Assembly (NCBI GenBank): GCA_949288955.1
Contig: CASEMS010000002.1
Coordinates: forward strand, 6,490-70,489
DNA from: an uncultured Lentisphaeraceae bacterium
GTDB taxonomy: Bacteria > Verrucomicrobiota > Kiritimatiellia > RFP12 > DVOR01
DNA: 64,000 bases
Reading direction: 5' to 3'
Part shown: positions 1 to 9,611 of the stretch, one piece after another
Layout of the letters: each line of letters opens with the position of its first letter
How positions within the stretch are numbered: position 1 is the stretch's first letter
The notes under the pieces: generated by a model
What the model was told of the DNA's origin: nothing
The model's database searches: none
Seen by the model: the letters and a program-made list of their open reading frames with translations, nothing else
Made by a program: the position numbers and the translations under genes

Positions 1-15
1 GTAACGGAAGGGCAT
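1..15 (-). CDS. 5' start of a gene running off the left edge (MPFRY...), product unknown
   Basis: ATG at 15-13 on minus, preceded by SD-like AAGGAG. Confidence 0.5.
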
Positions 16-70
16 GGGGCGCTCCTTAGGCAAGCAGGTCGCACGCGACGGCGGCGGCCCAGAGGAGGGT

Positions 71-104
71 GAAAAGAACCCGGACGGCGCGGCACCGCTC
101 CGGG
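71..104 (-). terminator. Probable intrinsic terminator after lpxD
   Basis: CCCGGA...TCCGGG stem followed by TTCTTTTC on minus. Confidence 0.55.
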
Positions 105-195
105 TCGTGAATCTCGATGAAGTGTCCGCGCACGCTGCGCAGGATGTCGACGAGCCCGTCGAAGGCTTGGCAGGGGAGTGCGCGCAGGCGACCGC

Positions 196-1230
196 TCACT
201 TGGCCTCCAACGCCCTCACCTTGGCCTCCAAATCGGCGACCTTCTTCTTGAGCTTCTCAAGGATACGCGGGAAGAGGAGCGTCTCGGCGAACTTGCGTTT
301 GGGGATGGCGGGCGTGCCGGCGACGTACTCACCGGAGGGGACATCCTCCTTGACGCCGGCCTGGGGGGCCACCTGCGCGCGTTCGTGGACGGTGAGATGC
401 CCGGAGACGCCAGCCTGCGACCAGATGAGCGCGCCGGTCTCGATCTTCGCGCTCCCGGCGATGCCCGCTTGGGCGATAATGCCGACGAAGGGCGCAATCT
501 GCACGTTGTGGCCGATCTGGACAAGGTTGTCGATCTTCACGCAGTCGCCAATGCGGGTGCGACCGAAACGGGCGCGGTCGACACAGGTATTGGAACCGAT
601 CTCGACGTCATTCCCGATCTCGACGATGCCGACCTGCGGGACCTTGGTGATGACCGGCCCTGTGGGGCCGATCTCCACCGTGTAGCCATACCCATCCGTG
701 CCAATCTTAACACCGGCGTGCAAGATGACGCGATCGCCAAGCACGCAGGACTCGCGGATGTTCACCTGCGGATAGAGATGGCAGCCGCGGCCGATCTTGA
801 CGTGCTGGGCGATGAAGACCTGACCGTCGATGACCGTGTCGTCGCCGATGGAGGCGCCATCCTCGATGACCGTGTAGGGCCCGATGTAGAGATTCTTGCC
901 GAGGGTCACGCCCTCACCGATGACGGCGGTGGCGTGGATGCCCGGTTCGCGGACGACAGGCTTGGGCCCGAAGATGGGCGCAAGGGAGGCGAACGCCTTG
1001 TTGGGGTCGTCCACGCGGATAAGAGTGGCAGGGCACTCACCCTCGTAATCGCGGGCAACGAGGACGGCGGTGGCCTTGGTGTCACGCATCTGCGGGGCGT
1101 ACTTCTGGTTGGCCAGGAAGGAGACATCCCCCTCGCGCGCCTCCAAGAGGCTCGCCATCGCGTGGATCTCTGTCTCGCCGTCGCCCTCAAAGGTGCCATT
1201 GACGGCCTTTGCGACCTTACTGAGCTTCAT
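196..1230 (-). CDS. lpxD: UDP-3-O-(3-hydroxyacyl)glucosamine N-acyltransferase
   Basis: N-terminal LpxD domain (SFLANQKY), hexapeptide repeats, KIGTDGYGY, KIDNLVQIGHNV. Confidence 0.95.
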   Translation of the reverse strand: MKLSKVAKAVNGTFEGDGETEIHAMASLLEAREGDVSFLANQKYAPQMRDTKATAVLVARDYEGECPATLIRVDDPNKAFASLAPIFGPKPVVREPGIHATAVIGEGVTLGKNLYIGPYTVIEDGASIGDDTVIDGQVFIAQHVKIGRGCHLYPQVNIRESCVLGDRVILHAGVKIGTDGYGYTVEIGPTGPVITKVPQVGIVEIGNDVEIGSNTCVDRARFGRTRIGDCVKIDNLVQIGHNVQIAPFVGIIAQAGIAGSAKIETGALIWSQAGVSGHLTVHERAQVAPQAGVKEDVPSGEYVAGTPAIPKRKFAETLLFPRILEKLKKKVADLEAKVRALEAK

Positions 1231-2962
1231 CGGGCGCTCCTTCGGGCACAGGCTCTTGCACGGGCGCGTGGGGCTCCGACTCGGCGGGAGCGGCTTCCGG
1301 CGCAGGCTCGGGGGGCACCTCGGCGACCGGTTCCGCAGGGGCGGCCTCTGGCGCGGGGGGCTCGACCGACTGCCCCGCGGGCGTCTCGTCCTCCGGCGCG
1401 GGCGCGGGCACTTCCTCCGCGGGCGCGGGTGCTTCCTCCGCGGGCTTGGCCTCGGCCTCGTCGGCCGCGCGTTCGCGCTTCATCTCCTCGGGGAGCTTGC
1501 GGAACTTGGGGTTGTCCTCGGGAAGGGCCAGGACGCCATTGTAATACTCGATGATGTGCCCCTTCTGGAAGAGGAAGGCGATCTGCCGGGCGACGACGGC
1601 GATGTCCATGTCCGCCAGCTCCGTCTTGAGCGCGGCGAGCAACTCGGCACGGGTGCAGAGCGGATGGGCGGTGACATAGTCCAACGCCGCCTTGATCTCG
1701 CGCACGGCGTGCTCGGCGGTGAAAGGCGCGGGCACCATGTTGGCGACGAACTCCGGGCCACGCGCATCGTTGCCGCGGAAGAGCGTGAACTTGCGGTGGC
1801 GGAAGGCGCCGCGCAGGGCGAAGAAGAGCGAGCGCGGGTAGCGTTGCTCGTCGCGAAGCGTGTACTTCAACAGAAGGCGAAGCGGCAGGGAGGGGGAGGT
1901 CTGCGCCAGGGAGACGGGCAAGCAGACGTGCTTGGCCTTGGCGACGAGCGTGGGGAGGATGTCGCGGCGGAAGATGGCCTCGGCCTGATCGCGGTTGTAG
2001 GCAGGGCGGGTCTCGGCAGGCGTCTCCTCGGCGGGGGCCTCCGGCGCGGGTTCGGCGGGGGCCTCGGCGCCCTCGGCGGCGGAGGCGGGCTCCGGCGCGG
2101 CGGGCGTCTCGGCGGGCTTGGCCTTCAGGCGATAGACGGTCTGCTTGGTGACGGACTGCTTCCAGGCCTCGATGGACTCGGGGTCGGTGTGCATCTCAAG
2201 GGTGCGCAAGTAATCCCGCTCGGGCATCCCGGCGCGGGCGGCGAGTTCGGCCACGCGATGACGGTAGCTGTGGTGGTTGGGCGCGCCGACCCATTCGCCG
2301 GTGAGCGTGCATTTGGCCACGCGCGGGAAGGTGCCGGATGGCGGGTCGCACGGTTCCTCGGCCACATCGAAGAAATCCTCCAGATGGTGCGCAAGGGCGT
2401 GTTGGACGACCTCGGCCTCGCTGAGGGCCACCAAGCCGCACGTCTTGCACGACCAGAACTGGACTTCCGTCTCGGGCTTGGCCTCGAAGCGCACAAGGCA
2501 GGCCTGCGGATTCTCCAGGAAGAGATTGACGAACTTCTTGACCGGGAAGGCGACGTGCGTGCCCTGAAGGGTCTTGATGATGACGCCCAGGTTCTTCTGG
2601 TTGGGAAGGATGCGGATCTCGGCGTCGAGCGGCTTGACAGGCTCGCGGCGCTCAAAGGGGCGCCCACCTTCGCGGCGCGGCGCACGGGGACGCTCCCCCT
2701 CGGCACCCTCACGGCGCGGACGGCGCTCGCCCTCGGGGCCTTCGCGGCGGGGACGGCGGGGCGGACGGCCCTCGGCGTCGCGGTCGCGGCGGGGGCGACG
2801 GTCGCGGGAATCGCCGCCCTCACGGCGGGGACGCTCCTCGCGGCCGGTGCGCTCATCGTAACTCTTGGCCTGGTATCGGCTGACATACTCGTCGGCGGAC
2901 TTACGGGCCCAAGCGGGGGCGAAGTCGAAACCGAGGCTCTCGGGGGTGTCTGCGTCGCTCAT
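1217..2962 (-). CDS. Hypothetical protein with Arg/Glu-rich and Pro/Ala/Glu-rich low-complexity segments and Cys/His motifs
   Basis: 581-aa ORF, coding-like codon use, SD upstream, overlaps lpxD start; CKTC and CTLTG...NHHSY motifs. Confidence 0.8.
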   Translation of the reverse strand: MSDADTPESLGFDFAPAWARKSADEYVSRYQAKSYDERTGREERPRREGGDSRDRRPRRDRDAEGRPPRRPRREGPEGERRPRREGAEGERPRAPRREGGRPFERREPVKPLDAEIRILPNQKNLGVIIKTLQGTHVAFPVKKFVNLFLENPQACLVRFEAKPETEVQFWSCKTCGLVALSEAEVVQHALAHHLEDFFDVAEEPCDPPSGTFPRVAKCTLTGEWVGAPNHHSYRHRVAELAARAGMPERDYLRTLEMHTDPESIEAWKQSVTKQTVYRLKAKPAETPAAPEPASAAEGAEAPAEPAPEAPAEETPAETRPAYNRDQAEAIFRRDILPTLVAKAKHVCLPVSLAQTSPSLPLRLLLKYTLRDEQRYPRSLFFALRGAFRHRKFTLFRGNDARGPEFVANMVPAPFTAEHAVREIKAALDYVTAHPLCTRAELLAALKTELADMDIAVVARQIAFLFQKGHIIEYYNGVLALPEDNPKFRKLPEEMKRERAADEAEAKPAEEAPAPAEEVPAPAPEDETPAGQSVEPPAPEAAPAEPVAEVPPEPAPEAAPAESEPHAPVQEPVPEGAPDEAQ

Positions 2963-2974
2963 GTGCGCGCTCCT

Positions 2975-4909
2975 TTAGGCCTGCCCTTGGGCGACGGCGG
3001 CCAAAAGGCCACCGGCAAGGAGAAGGCGTTTCTGACGGTCGGACAGGTCGGTCACGACGTCGAACGTGGTGTTGTTGGAAAGGTCGGTGACGGTGGCGCG
3101 CCCATCTCCGGCGATGGCGGCGCGAAGCCCCTCGATGCGCAACGGCGCGCCTTGCGACACGCGGTCGTAATCCGCCGGATCGGCAAAGACGAAGGGGACG
3201 ATGCCAAAGTTGATGAGGTTGGCGCGATGGATGCGCTCGATGCCTTTCGCGATGACGGCGCGGACGCCCAGGAACATGGGGCAGAGCGCGGCGTGCTCGC
3301 GGGAGGAACCTTGACCGTAGCTCTCGCCGGCGAGGATGACGTTGGCCTTGCCGGCGTCGCGGTTGGCCACGGCGGCGGCGTAGAAGCCGGAATCGGTGTG
3401 CTCGAAGACGTACTTGGCGTACTCGGGGATGTTGGAACGGTATTTCAGGCGCGCGCCGGCGGGCATGATGTGGTCGGTGGTGATTTTGTCGCCCACCTTG
3501 ATGACGGCCACGCCGTCAAGCGTCTCGGGCAGGGGCTGGCCGGGGGGCACCTGACCGATGTTGGGGCCACGGCGGATCTCGGTGCCGGGGACGCCCTGTC
3601 CGGCGGTGTCGCGGTAGAGGAACATCCCGTCGTCGATGGTGAAGCGCTCCGGCATCGGCACGGCGGGAACCCCAAGGGCGCGCGGATCGGCGAAAGCCCC
3701 GGCGAGCGCGCTGGCGGCGGCGGTCTCGGGGGAGACGAGATAGACCTTGGCGGACTGCGTGCCGGAGCGCCCCTCGAAGTTACGGTTGCTCGTGCGCAGG
3801 CAGACGGCGTCGGTGCTCGGGCTCATGTGCGCGCCGATGCAGAACCCGCAGGCATTCTCAAGGATCCGGCACCCGGCGGCGATGAGGTCGCCCAAGAGCC
3901 CCTCATCGGCGAGCATCCGCACCACCTGCTTGGAGCCGCAGGCAATACCGACCTCGACGTCGGGGTGGACCTGCTTGCCCTTCAGCAGGAGGGCGACGGT
4001 CTTGATGTCCCGATACGAGGAGTTGGTGCAGGAGCCAATCATGATCTGGTTCACGCGCTGGCCCACGTGCTCGGCGATGGTCTCGATGTTGCCGGGATTG
4101 TGGGGGGCGGCGGCGAGCGGCTCAAGCGTGGAGAGATCCAACTCCCACGTCTCGTCGTAATCCTCGCCATCGGCCTCAAGCGGCACCCAATCCTGCTCGC
4201 GGCCCTGGGCCTTGAGGAAGGCGCGGGTGACGGCGTCGGAGGGGAAGACGGAGGTTGTGACACCGAGCTCCGCGCCCATGTTGGCGATGGTGGCGCGGCT
4301 GGGCACGTCCAGATCGGCCAAGGCGGGGCCGTAGTACTCGAAGATCTTGCCGACGTTGCCCTTGGAACCGAAGCGACGGAGGACGGCCAGGATGACATCC
4401 TTCGCCGAGACGCCGGGGGTCAGACGGCCGGTGAGGCGGATGCCCACCACCTTGGGCCAGGCGATGTAGTAGGGCCCGCCGCCCATCGCCACCGCCACAT
4501 CGATGCCACCCGCGCCGATGGCCACCATGCCCAGGCCGCCACCCGTGGGCGTGTGGGAGTCGGAGCCGATGAGCGTCTTGCCCGGCTTGCCGAAGCGCTC
4601 CAAGTGGAGCTGATGGCAGATCCCGTTGCCGGGCTTGGAGTAGACAACGCCATATTTCTTGGCGACGCTCTGGAGATAGTCATGGTCGTCGGCGTTCTCG
4701 AAGCCGATCTGCACGGTGTTGTGATCCACGTAGCTGACGGAAAGCTCGGTCTTCACCCGGTCGATGCCCATGCTCTCGAACTGGAGATAGGCCATCGTGC
4801 CGGTGGCGTCCTGCGTCAGGGTCTGGTCGATGCGGAGGCCGACCTCCCGCCCCACGACGGGCTCGCCGGAGACCAAATGCGCACGGAGGATCTTTTCGGT
4901 GACGTTCAT
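2975..4909 (-). CDS. Aconitate hydratase (short aconitase-family enzyme)
   Basis: TQDATGTMA, DSHT, GSCTN, CGFCIG, SNRNFEGR, ITTDHI, YGQGSSREHA; start MNVTEKIL. Confidence 0.92.
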   Translation of the reverse strand: MNVTEKILRAHLVSGEPVVGREVGLRIDQTLTQDATGTMAYLQFESMGIDRVKTELSVSYVDHNTVQIGFENADDHDYLQSVAKKYGVVYSKPGNGICHQLHLERFGKPGKTLIGSDSHTPTGGGLGMVAIGAGGIDVAVAMGGGPYYIAWPKVVGIRLTGRLTPGVSAKDVILAVLRRFGSKGNVGKIFEYYGPALADLDVPSRATIANMGAELGVTTSVFPSDAVTRAFLKAQGREQDWVPLEADGEDYDETWELDLSTLEPLAAAPHNPGNIETIAEHVGQRVNQIMIGSCTNSSYRDIKTVALLLKGKQVHPDVEVGIACGSKQVVRMLADEGLLGDLIAAGCRILENACGFCIGAHMSPSTDAVCLRTSNRNFEGRSGTQSAKVYLVSPETAAASALAGAFADPRALGVPAVPMPERFTIDDGMFLYRDTAGQGVPGTEIRRGPNIGQVPPGQPLPETLDGVAVIKVGDKITTDHIMPAGARLKYRSNIPEYAKYVFEHTDSGFYAAAVANRDAGKANVILAGESYGQGSSREHAALCPMFLGVRAVIAKGIERIHRANLINFGIVPFVFADPADYDRVSQGAPLRIEGLRAAIAGDGRATVTDLSNNTTFDVVTDLSDRQKRLLLAGGLLAAVAQGQA

Positions 4910-4927
4910 AAGGGGAAAGGACTCCAA

Positions 4928-5749
4928 TCAGGCGGCTTTGCGTGCCAGCCAACGACGCTTCAGGGCAAACCAGAAAGGCGCCACGTAAACGAAGAAGAGG
5001 GTCATGGGAACCAGATAGCAACAGCAGACCACCGCCGTCTTCGGCCCAACGAAGAGCCCAAGGAAGGCAAGCACCCCGATGAACTGCCCAAGCGGCGTGT
5101 TCGTCGGCTTCGGGTACTTGAAGGGCGACACCTGCAAGAGAAGGCAAATCACGCAGTTCGCGTACATCACCCACGAGAGCCACCCGCCGTCCTGCAACGT
5201 CAGCCACCCCGGCAACGGATGGTCCAGCCCATAGCCGCGCTTCCACGCCTCGATGAGCAGGACGATGCCCGCCAGGCAGAGCGCGTTCACCGTGATGGGC
5301 ATCCCCGTGTAGCCGCTCATGCCGTGGTCCTCGTCCACCACCTTGAAACGCGCCAGGCGGATGGCCCCGGAGAGGACGATTGCGATGGACAGGAGGGCCC
5401 CCACCGGATGGAGCGTCGGCGCCGGTGCCGAGAAGTCGTGGAAGAGATAAAAGTACATCAGCATCGCCGGCGCGATGCCGAAGGCCGTGATGTCCACGAA
5501 GGTGTCGAACTCCGCACCGAAGGCCGTCGAGGCCTTCAGCATCCGCGCCATCGTGCCGTCGATGCCATCGAGGATCATCGCGCCGAGGATGAGGAGCGCG
5601 CCCCAGTAGAAGTCGCCCATCGCGGAGCAGAGCACGCTCATCAGACCGCAGACCAAGGCGCCCGAGGTGATGGAGTTCACGAACCCCACCCGATTGGCAT
5701 GGGCCGAGGGCCGCTTGATATGGAGAATCTTCCGCATGGCGCGCCTCAT
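4928..5749 (-). CDS. pssA: CDP-diacylglycerol--serine O-phosphatidyltransferase
   Basis: DGIDGTMAR...FGAEFDTFVD CDP-alcohol phosphotransferase motif, RLARF; adjacent to psd. Confidence 0.85.
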   Translation of the reverse strand: MRRAMRKILHIKRPSAHANRVGFVNSITSGALVCGLMSVLCSAMGDFYWGALLILGAMILDGIDGTMARMLKASTAFGAEFDTFVDITAFGIAPAMLMYFYLFHDFSAPAPTLHPVGALLSIAIVLSGAIRLARFKVVDEDHGMSGYTGMPITVNALCLAGIVLLIEAWKRGYGLDHPLPGWLTLQDGGWLSWVMYANCVICLLLQVSPFKYPKPTNTPLGQFIGVLAFLGLFVGPKTAVVCCCYLVPMTLFFVYVAPFWFALKRRWLARKAA

Positions 5750-6465
5750 TTCCGCTTGGCGATGACCGTCTCACCCGCGCGCACCGGGTCGCCCGGCTTC
5801 ACGCAGACCTCCACGCGGTCGGCCGGCAGCCAGATGTCCATGCGGCTGCCGAACTTCATCATGCCAAGGATGCCGCCGCGCTTCACCGGCTGCCCCTGCT
5901 CCAACCAATAGATCACGCGCCGGACGATCGGCCCCGTGATTTGCTTGTGCAGGCAGCGCAACCCATCCTTGTCCTCCACCACCACGATGGAATGCTGGTT
6001 ATAGAGGCTCGAACGCTCATCCATCGTCAGCAAATGCTTCCCGTGACGGTACTCGCATTGCTTCACCGTGCCGCCGATGGAAAGACGGTTCACGTGCACA
6101 TGGAGCGGCGAGAGGAAGGTGGAGATGCGCACCGCGCGCTGACCGGGGAAGAACTCCTTGACCACCGCGCTCGCCGGCGAGCCGTCATCCTCCGTCACAT
6201 ACTGCACCGAGCGCACCGTGCCCTCCGCGCCCGAGACGATGTTCTCCTCGCCCTCCGGCGGCGTCCGCTTCGGATTGCGGAAGAACCACGCCATGAAGGC
6301 CGCGAAGACCAGGCACACCGCCAGCCACGCCGTCGCCACCCACGGCAACCCAAAGACCGGGCACAGCACGCACCCGCCGCCGACGCCCAACACCAAAGGC
6401 ACGACAATCAGCGGCCATCCGTTGCGGATAATCGCCTCCCGCTCACGTCTCTCGTTCTCGTACAT
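5746..6465 (-). CDS. psd: Phosphatidylserine decarboxylase proenzyme
   Basis: FFRNPKR, FLSPLHVHVNR, FGSR self-cleavage motif, VRAGETVIA. Confidence 0.92.
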   Translation of the reverse strand: MYENERREREAIIRNGWPLIVVPLVLGVGGGCVLCPVFGLPWVATAWLAVCLVFAAFMAWFFRNPKRTPPEGEENIVSGAEGTVRSVQYVTEDDGSPASAVVKEFFPGQRAVRISTFLSPLHVHVNRLSIGGTVKQCEYRHGKHLLTMDERSSLYNQHSIVVVEDKDGLRCLHKQITGPIVRRVIYWLEQGQPVKRGGILGMMKFGSRMDIWLPADRVEVCVKPGDPVRAGETVIAKRK

Positions 6466-6621
6466 CTCAAATCCGTCCTTCGCTCAGGTTGCGGGCCTCC
6501 GCCCACTTCGCCTAGCATTGTAGCAAACTCCCTCCGCCCGTGCACAAACGCCAGCCCCACTCAATGGCCCCCGGGGAGAAGGAAGACTAAGACGACCGCG
6601 CCCAAGGCGGACGCCCCACCC

Positions 6622-6714
6622 GCCGACGCTCGGTGGATCAGCCGCCGACGCAAGGAGACTTAGCCGCCGACGCTCGGTAGATCAGCCGCTGACGCTCGGT
6701 GGATCGGCGGCTGA
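6622..6714 (+). repeat. 22-bp GATC-containing tandem array (4 units plus partial)
   Basis: GCCGACGCTCGGTGGATCAGCC-type units at 6622, 6644, 6666, 6688. Confidence 0.85.
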
Positions 6715-6732
6715 TGGTTGGGGCGTGCGCGA

Positions 6733-6764
6733 CCAAGCCTCCAAGCCTCCAACCTTCCAAACTT
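6733..6764 (+). repeat. 8-bp CCAA(A/G)CYT tandem repeat (4 units)
   Basis: ccaagcct ccaagcct ccaacctt ccaaactt. Confidence 0.8.
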
Positions 6765-6770
6765 CCGTTT

Positions 6771-6865
6771 GCGCGGGAGGCGAGGGCGGTAGGGAGCGGT
6801 CAGCGGGCGTCAGCCCGCAGAGCGACCGGCGGAGCCCGCAAGCCCTCCCGTTGCGTCTTCGCGGT
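6771..6865 (+). repeat. ~81-bp branched palindromic element, copy 1, plus TTGCGTCTTCGCGGT tail
   Basis: Near-identical to 15895-15975 and 33255-33335. Confidence 0.85.
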
Positions 6866-6872
6866 CAAAACC

Positions 6873-9611
6873 TCAGACGCCGAGGGCGGCGTGGAGGGCG
6901 AGGGCGTTGGGGGCCATCACGCGGGCGGCGCGCCAGGGGCCGAAGTCGTGGAGTTTGGTGACGGCGGCGCACCAACGTTTCAGGGCGAAGTGTTTGTCCC
7001 GGGCGGAGGGGTCGTCCTGTCCCTTCACCTCCAGCACGACGGTCTCGCCCGAGGCGAGGCGCACGATGAAGTCGGGGATGTAGGTGTGGGCGAGGCCTTG
7101 GGAGACGTAGCGGATGCGCAGGCCGACGTGACGGTCGTTGCGGACGTAGGCCGACACCGCGTCCGCCTCCGCGAGCCAGGCGGCGACGGAGCGTTCCCAC
7201 GCGCTGTCGTAGACGGCGGCGGCGATCTGGCTTTTGGGGCCGGTGGGGGTGGGTTCCTTGGTGGTGTGCCAGGTGCGCATCCGGGCGGTGGAGAGGGTGG
7301 GCTGGCGGCTGTCGCGCACGATGGCGAGGTCTTGGCGTTCCTTGGGGGTCAGGTGGTCGAGCAGATGGCGGACGACCTGGCCCATCTGATAGGCGTAGGC
7401 CAGGCGGGCCTCGGGGGAGCCGAGGGCGGCCGTCTGCCAGAAGAGGTTCTCCTGCCAGTGGCATTTGCCGGAATCGATGAAGTCGGCGGCCAGGCGCACG
7501 AGTGCGGCGAAGAGGCGGGGCACGGCCATCTCGCGCCGTTTCCGGGCGAAGGCCGCGCTCTCCAGGAGGGCTTTGGCCATGGTGAAGAGGAGGGTCTGCC
7601 GGCGCGGCGCGGCCTGGGCGATGTCAAGGGTGTAGAGGTCGGCGCGCTCCACCTTCATCCACTCGCCGAGGGTCTGGGCCATCTGGGCGGAGACGGTGAG
7701 GGTCGGCTCCAGAATCAGCTCCGGGACGTCCTTGAGGGAGAGTTCCGGCGCGGCGACGTCGTCGATGCGGAGGATGTTGGGCCAGGCGATCTCGGCGGTC
7801 TCGCGGCCCGGCGCCACGGCGATGGGATAAGTCGGGGCGGGGGGCTCGCCGCCGCCGGCCCCTTCCGTGGGGAGGAAGCGGAAGGGAACGCCAAAGACCT
7901 GCACGTATTCCGGGCGGAGGAGGCCCGTCTCGGGGTCGACGTCGTAACTCACGCGGCGGAGGCCTCGGCCGATGACCTGCTCGCAGAGGAGCTGGCTGGT
8001 GAAGGCGCGCAGGCCGAGGATGTGGGTGACGGTGCGGGCGTCCCACCCCTCCGAGAGCATGGCCACGGAGATGAGGTTGGCGACCGCCGCGCCCGGCTGG
8101 CCTTCCTTGCCCACGGTGGCGACGCGCCTGCGGAGGGCCTCCCCCGCCGCGCCGCTCTTCTCAAGCACTTTGGAATCGATGCGCAGGACGCGCTCGGGCT
8201 CGCACAACGTCTCCGCGCCGCCCAGGGTGGCCCCGCCGCCGGAGAGGAAGTGGCGTTCGACGCGCGCGGCGGTGGTGGTGTTGTTCACCACGCTGATGAG
8301 CACGGGCGGGACGGGGACGCGGCACGCCCGCCAGAGGTCGGCGGTCTTGCGCCAGTCGGCGGCGAGGAGGGAGTAGGCGTTGGCCAGCGCGGGGGGCAGG
8401 GGGGCGGCGGGGTCGGCCGCCTCGTCGATGGCCTCCTTGATGCCCGGCGCCTCGTAGAGGTCGTAGAGGTCGGGGAGGTTCGTCTCGGGGTTGATGGGGC
8501 CGGCGGCGTCGCAGGGCATACGGGGGGTCTTGACCAGTCCGGCCTCGATGCCGTCGTTCAGGCCGAAGTCGCTGACCACCCAGCCGAAGAGGAAGTCCTC
8601 CTTGCTCATCTTGCCCGAGGGGATGAAGGGGGTGGCGGAGAAGTCGTGGCAGCGCAGGATGGGGGCCACGCGGTGGATACGGTCGAGGCCGCCCACCCAG
8701 ACGGTGTGCTCGTCCTTCTCCTCGCCCACGCCGCGGTAGTCGCCGGCCTTGGCCTTGGGCGGGAGGCGCCAGGCGTGGTGGGCCTCGTCGTTGAGGACGA
8801 GGATGCGAGGGGCCTTGGCCAGCTCCGTCCCCAGCACGGCACGGGCGTAGGCGCGGTCGCCCAACGGCCCGCGCTTGTCCACGCCCCGCCGTTTGCGCAC
8901 CTTCTCGGCGTCCTCCCACTGCATGGCCTGCCAATTGAGGATGCGCACGCGCGCCTGCGCCAGGCCCAACTGGAGCGACTCCGGCACCAGGCCGCCGCCA
9001 TACTCCGCGCCGCCCGCGGCGGGATCCAGCCCCGACAGGCGGTCGCGCACCGTGAGGTTGGGCGCCACGACGAGGACATCGCGGCAGAAGCGTTTGTCCT
9101 GGGGGTGGGCGACTTTGTTGCAGGCGTGCCAAGCGATGAGCATGGCCATCACCTTCGTCTTGCCGCCGCCCGTGCAGAGTTTGGTGCAGACGCGCTCGAA
9201 GGGGCCGCCGTCGCCGCGCAGACGCCCCTCGCCCTCGCCCCACAGCCCCTGACGCTCCGCCTCCGGCCCCTCCGTCAGCCAGATGAGCGTCTCGATGGCC
9301 TCCAACTGGCAGAAAAAGGGGCGCGGCTCCATCAACCCCTCCTCCTCCCCCACCCCATGCCACCGCCCCAGCAACTGGCGTGTGACAGGCGTGACGCCCG
9401 GCCAGCCGGCCTCGCGCCAGGCCCGCACCCGCCCGCGGATGACCTCCACCGCGCCGAGGGGCACGAACTCGCCGTCGCCCCGGCTCTTGGTGTTGAACTT
9501 GGTGTAGCCCGGCGCCCGGCGGCCCTCCGTCCTCGTCAGCGAGAGCGTCCCCGGGCGATGCTCCCAGTGCCAGGCCGGCTCGGCGTAGGGACTGTTCAGG
9601 ATCAGGCTCAT
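6873..9611 (-). CDS. res: Type III restriction endonuclease Res subunit (SF2 helicase plus PD-(D/E)XK nuclease)
   Basis: Start MSLILNSPY; CTGGGKT Walker A, DEAHH, SATP, SEGWD, CEQVIGRGLRR, YIPDF...LEVKG; ATGA overlap with mod. Confidence 0.9.
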   Translation of the reverse strand: MSLILNSPYAEPAWHWEHRPGTLSLTRTEGRRAPGYTKFNTKSRGDGEFVPLGAVEVIRGRVRAWREAGWPGVTPVTRQLLGRWHGVGEEEGLMEPRPFFCQLEAIETLIWLTEGPEAERQGLWGEGEGRLRGDGGPFERVCTKLCTGGGKTKVMAMLIAWHACNKVAHPQDKRFCRDVLVVAPNLTVRDRLSGLDPAAGGAEYGGGLVPESLQLGLAQARVRILNWQAMQWEDAEKVRKRRGVDKRGPLGDRAYARAVLGTELAKAPRILVLNDEAHHAWRLPPKAKAGDYRGVGEEKDEHTVWVGGLDRIHRVAPILRCHDFSATPFIPSGKMSKEDFLFGWVVSDFGLNDGIEAGLVKTPRMPCDAAGPINPETNLPDLYDLYEAPGIKEAIDEAADPAAPLPPALANAYSLLAADWRKTADLWRACRVPVPPVLISVVNNTTTAARVERHFLSGGGATLGGAETLCEPERVLRIDSKVLEKSGAAGEALRRRVATVGKEGQPGAAVANLISVAMLSEGWDARTVTHILGLRAFTSQLLCEQVIGRGLRRVSYDVDPETGLLRPEYVQVFGVPFRFLPTEGAGGGEPPAPTYPIAVAPGRETAEIAWPNILRIDDVAAPELSLKDVPELILEPTLTVSAQMAQTLGEWMKVERADLYTLDIAQAAPRRQTLLFTMAKALLESAAFARKRREMAVPRLFAALVRLAADFIDSGKCHWQENLFWQTAALGSPEARLAYAYQMGQVVRHLLDHLTPKERQDLAIVRDSRQPTLSTARMRTWHTTKEPTPTGPKSQIAAAVYDSAWERSVAAWLAEADAVSAYVRNDRHVGLRIRYVSQGLAHTYIPDFIVRLASGETVVLEVKGQDDPSARDKHFALKRWCAAVTKLHDFGPWRAARVMAPNALALHAALGV

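Noticed and set aside
1070..5911. Very long antisense or alternate-frame ORFs (1613 aa here; also 6699-9746, 23194-26307, 41344-44481, 51091-54552, 56615-60634)
   Set aside because: Shadow ORFs typical of high-GC DNA. They overlap genes with clear family motifs and have none of their own.
6565..6590. tRNA 3'-end duplication (att site) bounding an island from tRNA-Asn to res
   Set aside because: It matches the tRNA-Asn or tRNA-CAT 3' ends only trivially, and no integrase is present.
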